From Clostridia bacterium (lineage in GTDB: Bacteria > Bacillota > Clostridia > Oscillospirales > CAG-272), in contig JAGCJD010000174.1 in assembly GCA_017648425.1 (NCBI GenBank), positions 1 through 28,772 on the forward strand: a stretch of DNA of 28,772 bases, read 5' to 3'. A program made the translations under genes and the position numbers. This document shows positions 24,334-28,772 of this stretch, piece by piece. A model generated the notes under the pieces. The model was not told the DNA's origin, ran no database searches, and was given only the letters and a program-made list of their open reading frames with translations. Numbering within the stretch: position 1 is the first letter of the stretch; every line of letters begins with the position of its first letter.

Positions 24334-24367
24334 GGGCTACCATGAGCGTGTTTTTTTGTGGTATTAT
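24334..24367 (+). promoter_or_regulatory. Putative phage late promoter 3
   Basis: GGGCTACCA-19 nt-TATTAT (TGn-extended) upstream of the ejection-protein genes. Confidence 0.7.
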
Positions 24368-24398
24368 ATAGTAAAACACAAAAGAAAGGGGCTTGAAT

Positions 24399-25289
24399 AT
24401 GGGCTACAAATATCTGCGCGGACAAAGCTATCAAAGCAGAAACAAGGACAAAATAGAAAAACTGACAAAGGAATATACGGATAGGAAATTTAATTACGAT
24501 CCCGACACTGATGCGGCTTATCAGGAGTATGCAAGAATGATGAAGGAAAGCGGTCAAAGAGCTATGGAGGATACAGTGGGAAAGGCATCATCTCTTACGG
24601 GTGGATATGCCAACTCGTATGCGAGCACGGTTGGACAGCAGACTTATAACGATTACATGAAGGAGGCGGCTGCCGCGCATGTCGATTATTATGATAGAGC
24701 GCTTGCTCGTTTTACGCAAGAGGGAAGCGTATTGCAGGATAGGATAAATAGTCTTAAAGCGCAGGAGAGCAGTGACAGAGCGGCGTGGGAGGAGGATTAT
24801 CTTGCGGATCTTGAAAAAATGACGATTACAAACGATATTGATGGCCTTGCTTCAATACATGGCGTGACAACAGATGAGTATCAAAGATATCTTGACAATG
24901 AAGCAAAGAGATCGCTTGTCGCTCCTACACAAGAGATTATTGACAAAGCGGTGTCAGAGTATATGAGAAAAGGATATTTTGAAAAGGAGGTCGCAGACGA
25001 AAGCGAGCTTATTGAGAATATAATCGAGAAATATGTTCAAATGGGATATGATCCCGATGCCCTTACAACGATGCTTGTCGAGGCAAGGAGCGCATACGAA
25101 TATGTTAAGGATCGAGATTGGACAAAAGTTTCGGGCAAAGGAAAAAGCGCGCGCTTCCAAGACCAATTCGGAAACTTGTTCTTTTATGACGAGCTGGAAA
25201 ATTGGACTAAATCTCAAAGCGGAGAGGAAGAGTGGAATATACTCAAAAATAAGCTCAAAGGTATCAAAAAAGGCTCCCAGGAGGATTAA
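24399..25289 (+). CDS. Probable internal virion / DNA-ejection protein
   Basis: Likely start ATG 24399; FNYDPDTDAAYQEY...AMEDT.G.AS.LTGGYANSYA.TVGQQ.YN.YM, helical; position after tail gene. Confidence 0.7.
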   Translation: MGYKYLRGQSYQSRNKDKIEKLTKEYTDRKFNYDPDTDAAYQEYARMMKESGQRAMEDTVGKASSLTGGYANSYASTVGQQTYNDYMKEAAAAHVDYYDRALARFTQEGSVLQDRINSLKAQESSDRAAWEEDYLADLEKMTITNDIDGLASIHGVTTDEYQRYLDNEAKRSLVAPTQEIIDKAVSEYMRKGYFEKEVADESELIENIIEKYVQMGYDPDALTTMLVEARSAYEYVKDRDWTKVSGKGKSARFQDQFGNLFFYDELENWTKSQSGEEEWNILKNKLKGIKKGSQED

Positions 25290-25292
25290 AAA

Positions 25293-28200
25293 ATGGATAA
25301 GGAAACTGCAAAAAGACTTTCTCGGCGTTCAACAGAGCAAGCGCTTGCCAAAAGAGCTCAAAAGGCGGCAAGGCTGGAACAAGCAAAGCTTGAAAAGCAA
25401 ATAAATGAGTGGGAGCTGAACGAAGCCGAAAAAAAACGCTTGGAAGGCTACGACATAAATGCAGCAGAGGCAGAGCTTACAAGGATTACCAACAGCCCCG
25501 ATTATTGGGCGAACATAATAGGGGAGAATACGGCGTTTGATCAAGCTGAGGCGTTGCGCTCGGATATAGATAAGGCAAAGAAAATACAGGAAAGAGCAAA
25601 GGTTTATGACACGGCGTATAACGCCAAGAATGAGTTGCTCAACACCCGAATTGTTGACAACAAGACAAGGATAGAAGAAAATTCAATAATCGACAATATC
25701 ATAAAGAATACCGATAAAGCGTCCCTTGACAGCTATGTTATTCATAACGGAGCGCTTCCCGAAAGCATTGATGCGGATCTTGAAGATATCCGTCAGGAAA
25801 TAATGAACGAAATGTTTTCCAAAAAGGCTTATGAATATGGCAAGGAATTTCCTGTTATCGGAACGGTTGCCAGCGTTGCTTCAAACTTAATGGGCGGCGC
25901 TTTGGCGTATAGCACGATTTCAAAAGACGGCAGAAAATTAAAGGTGAAGAGAAATACTTTATCCGATATTGCAAGTAATCTTCGGGCGGGAGCTTCCTCT
26001 GACATGAGCGATACGGGAGAGTTCCTTTACAATACGGCAGTATCTATGACAGAGTCGGTGCTTGCCGCCCTTATGTCGGGTAGCGGAGGAATGACCTTGC
26101 TCGGAATGTCCGCAGGAACGCAGACGGCAAACGATGTTCTGTCAAGAGGGGGCACAAGCGAGCAAGCGTTAGTGGGCGGAATTGCCGCAGGAGTTTTTGA
26201 GGCTTTTTTTGAAAAGTTTTCTATTGGCGCGTTAAAGTCAATGCAGCTTGACGAAATTACAACCTCGTGGAAGGGCTTTATGAAAAATTTGGGCAAGCAA
26301 ACGCTTACAAATGCTACCGAGGAGGGCGCGACCGAGATAGCTAATACCGTGTTTGATACAATCGCCCTCGGAGATATATCAAATTGGTCGCTTATGATAA
26401 ACGAATATGTAAATCAGGGCATGACTTTGGAGCAAGCAAGAAAAAAGGCGGCGAGCGCGTTTGGTATGCAGACGATTGAGGCTATGGCGTCAGGCGCAAT
26501 CATGGGCTCTGCGTTCGGTCTTGGCGGAGCTGCTGTCGGAGGAATTAAAAGAGCTAAGAACGGCAAAGCCATTATAAACGAAAGCACAAAAGCAACGCTT
26601 GATGATTTGATAGCGGCAGGAGAGGAAATATTCGTTGGCGACGAATACAAGAAAGAGCGCGAGCTTTTAAATGCTATAAAGAAAAATAAGAGCAAGAACG
26701 ATCTTGCTCAAAGGAACAGAGTTGCAAAGCTTGACGAGATAATAACAAAAATCGCGCAGGAGAAAGCAAAAAAAGCTCCTTCATGGGAGGGGCAAAAAAA
26801 GAATATTGTAAACGATGCGCTTGATGATTTGTCGGGAACTCTGCGTACGGCGCGCTCAGAGGCTAAAAACGCAAGGATAGGCAAGGACATAACCTATACC
26901 GATATGCCGCGTATAGTTGATTTTAAGGGAAGCAGTGGCGATGCTGTAATTATAATGCGCTCAAACGGCACGGTGGCAAAGCTTTCCGATATGTCATTTG
27001 AGGACGGCTCGCTGCTTGAAGCATACTTTCTTGCTACAAAAACAGGCTCGGTGGAGAACGCGAACAGGTTTATCGAGCAATACAGATTGTTTAACAAAGG
27101 AATATCCATTGAGCCTTTTTGGTTAGCGTGGATGGGCGTGCAGAACTACGGACAGACAGTAAATTCCGAGAATGCTCTTGACAACGCCCTCAAACGCTAT
27201 AAAAAATATGGCGTTCCCGAAACGGCATTAATGGCGGCTTTTCTGTCGGGCAGAAATTTACGCAAGAGCGCATCGGAAAGCGCGAAAGCGGCGCAACGAA
27301 AATATGAAAAGGCGTGGAAAGAAGCAGGTGGCAAGCTGAGGGACGCAAGGTTTGACGATAGCGCCATAAATGTCAGCAGTCTTACCGAGGACCAAAAGGA
27401 ATATTTGTGCTTCTTAAAAGCATTTTCACGAGTGTTGGGCGCAAATATTGAGGTGTTTGCTTCCGAAAAAGGAAGCAGACGAGAAAACGGCTCTTACAGT
27501 CGAACTACGAACACCTTGCGTATTGATATTAATGCAGGTATTTCAAATGAAGCAAATTATGAGGCGACAAGGAGCTGTATTATAAATACGCTTTCTCATG
27601 AAACGGTGCACAATATGCGAGAGGTAGCGCCCGAGGAGTATGAGGCGCTGAGAGATTTTGTAGTAGAGCTTTTGCAGGAGGACGAGCATTACGATTTTGA
27701 CAAAGCAATAGAAACGGAAATTGAAAGAGCGGCGCAAAATAAAAAAGGCCTCACAAGAGAGGACGCCGTTGAGGAAATAGTGGCGCGTGCATGTGAGAAC
27801 TGTCTTGGCTCATCGGAAACGCTGAAAGACCTTTTGACAGCGCTTTACATTGAGGATAAAAGGGCGGATAACAGCTTTGTAAGAGCTGTGCGAGCGTTTT
27901 TGACAAGGCTTAAAAGGTTCTTTGAAAACATATCAAAGCAGAGGGCAAAGACGCAAGAGGCAGATATAATCGCTGGAAAGGGAAAAAATATAATCTCTGA
28001 AATACAAAAGCGCTTTGATACGGCTCTCCTTGCTATGCGTAAGGGTAATACCGAGAGAAACGGAATAACAAATAAAGATGCCGCGCCGAGTGTAGGGGCT
28101 GATGCCGACAAGCAGAATAGTGATGTCAAATATCAAATGCGCGAAGAAAATTCAAAGGATACTCTTTACATTTACAAGGAAAAGGAGTATAATGATTTTG

Positions 28201-28772
28201 GTTGGGCGGAAGCCAATGGCTTTTTGAGTGCGGGGGAGAACGCTGACTACCTGGCAAAATTTGCAATGCTGAAAGCTCGGAAGGTGAGCTTCCCAAAGAC
28301 CAAACGCAGCGAGTATATGATAGCGGTCAGCGACATTTACGATTACGAATCGGAGGGCGTTGAAAATGTTATCGTTTATGCCAAGGGGACTATCGAGCAC
28401 CCAATTGTTACAAAGGTCATTAGGATAGAGATATTTGAGGAAACAGAAAAACTTGACAAGAAAAGGAGAGAGTTTTATGATATTGGACGGAGAGGCTTAC
28501 AGCCGAAGATTGGAGAGCTTTGCAGATTCTACTATGGAGCTGACGGAAGATCTTATGGCGTATACAAAAGAGATAGCCTTCAAAATGCTGGATCTGACGG
28601 CGGACGACAGTCTGACGGAGGAGCAGTTGGTGGAAAAGCTGCTCGAGCTGAAGGAATTGGCAGATCAGGCGGAGATATAATATATTATCACGATGTTGAT
28701 GATGTAAAAATAAATTCCGAAAGTTCCTTTGACATTACCGCAAATGAGGTTGAGACGATACGGAGCATAGGC
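25293..28772 (+). CDS. Giant polyvalent virion protein (partial, at least 1160 aa) with MPTase-like zinc metallopeptidase domain
   Basis: My translation finds no stop from ATG 25293 to the window end (absent from the track for that reason); Gly/Ala-rich hydrophobic segment, then RENGSY...LRIDINA...LSHETVH (27597-27611)...EEIVARACE, a KYQMR linker and a further globular domain. Confidence 0.85.
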   Translation, partial: MDKETAKRLSRRSTEQALAKRAQKAARLEQAKLEKQINEWELNEAEKKRLEGYDINAAEAELTRITNSPDYWANIIGENTAFDQAEALRSDIDKAKKIQERAKVYDTAYNAKNELLNTRIVDNKTRIEENSIIDNIIKNTDKASLDSYVIHNGALPESIDADLEDIRQEIMNEMFSKKAYEYGKEFPVIGTVASVASNLMGGALAYSTISKDGRKLKVKRNTLSDIASNLRAGASSDMSDTGEFLYNTAVSMTESVLAALMSGSGGMTLLGMSAGTQTANDVLSRGGTSEQALVGGIAAGVFEAFFEKFSIGALKSMQLDEITTSWKGFMKNLGKQTLTNATEEGATEIANTVFDTIALGDISNWSLMINEYVNQGMTLEQARKKAASAFGMQTIEAMASGAIMGSAFGLGGAAVGGIKRAKNGKAIINESTKATLDDLIAAGEEIFVGDEYKKERELLNAIKKNKSKNDLAQRNRVAKLDEIITKIAQEKAKKAPSWEGQKKNIVNDALDDLSGTLRTARSEAKNARIGKDITYTDMPRIVDFKGSSGDAVIIMRSNGTVAKLSDMSFEDGSLLEAYFLATKTGSVENANRFIEQYRLFNKGISIEPFWLAWMGVQNYGQTVNSENALDNALKRYKKYGVPETALMAAFLSGRNLRKSASESAKAAQRKYEKAWKEAGGKLRDARFDDSAINVSSLTEDQKEYLCFLKAFSRVLGANIEVFASEKGSRRENGSYSRTTNTLRIDINAGISNEANYEATRSCIINTLSHETVHNMREVAPEEYEALRDFVVELLQEDEHYDFDKAIETEIERAAQNKKGLTREDAVEEIVARACENCLGSSETLKDLLTALYIEDKRADNSFVRAVRAFLTRLKRFFENISKQRAKTQEADIIAGKGKNIISEIQKRFDTALLAMRKGNTERNGITNKDAAPSVGADADKQNSDVKYQMREENSKDTLYIYKEKEYNDFGWAEANGFLSAGENADYLAKFAMLKARKVSFPKTKRSEYMIAVSDIYDYESEGVENVIVYAKGTIEHPIVTKVIRIEIFEETEKLDKKRREFYDIGRRGLQPKIGELCRFYYGADGRSYGVYKRDSLQNAGSDGGRQSDGGAVGGKAARAEGIGRSGGDIIYYHDVDDVKINSESSFDITANEVETIRSIG
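28477..28680 (+). CDS. Nested out-of-frame 67-aa acidic helical protein (candidate immunity protein)
   Basis: AGGAGA RBS 7 nt before ATG 28477; +1 frame inside the giant ORF; MILDGEAYSRRLESFADSTMELTEDLMAYTKEIAFKMLDL...LVEKLLELKELADQAEI. Confidence 0.6.
   Translation: MILDGEAYSRRLESFADSTMELTEDLMAYTKEIAFKMLDLTADDSLTEEQLVEKLLELKELADQAEI

Larger units (their letters stand above)
2914..28772. mobile_element. Prophage (podovirus-like, large serine recombinase), extends beyond window
   Basis: Integrase, immunity switch, replication, packaging, head, tail and ejection genes in canonical order after the ATPase breakpoint. Confidence 0.93.

Noticed and set aside
25033-25404. 123-aa plus-strand ORF bridging two genes as another overprinted gene
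   Set aside because: No convincing RBS and basic low-complexity composition typical of an off-frame read, unlike 28477-28680
28435-28476. Track start (28435) for the nested ORF
   Set aside because: The strong RBS lies at 28464-28469, which supports ATG 28477

Overview
The window appears to come from a Firmicutes (Clostridia-like) chromosome; this is inferred from gene content and sigma-A-type promoters. Positions 1-2913 are host DNA: the 3' end of a DeoR-family regulator, GTAG-type REP-like palindromes, a duplicated tRNA-linked repeat, tRNA-Ser(GCT), a DUF1113-like membrane protein and the 5' half of a PMCA-type P-type ATPase. The ATPase is cut at its conserved PEGL motif by a prophage with a large serine recombinase (attL at about 2914-2915), which continues past the right edge. 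The prophage carries an ImmA/ImmR-like and Cro switch with three 17-bp operators, an HUH rolling-circle Rep, terminase, portal, its own Prp protease, scaffold and N4-gp56-type capsid (both with the Prp-type LQLF/A leader), podovirus-like tail and ejection genes, and a giant (>1160 aa) polyvalent virion protein. A second 5,352-bp tyrosine-integrase element sits inside the virion module, flanked by a 60-bp perfect direct repeat (18741-18800 and 24093-24152). This satellite-like element carries its own diverged allele of the 51-aa phage gene next to its insertion site, plus homologues of the prophage's ImmA protease and zinc-ribbon protein. Other notable signals are a phage late-promoter motif seen three times with fixed spacing (GGGCTACCA-N19-TATWWT) and a 67-aa gene with a strong RBS nested out of frame inside the polyvalent protein (candidate immunity gene). 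All family assignments come from motif recognition, not database searches.
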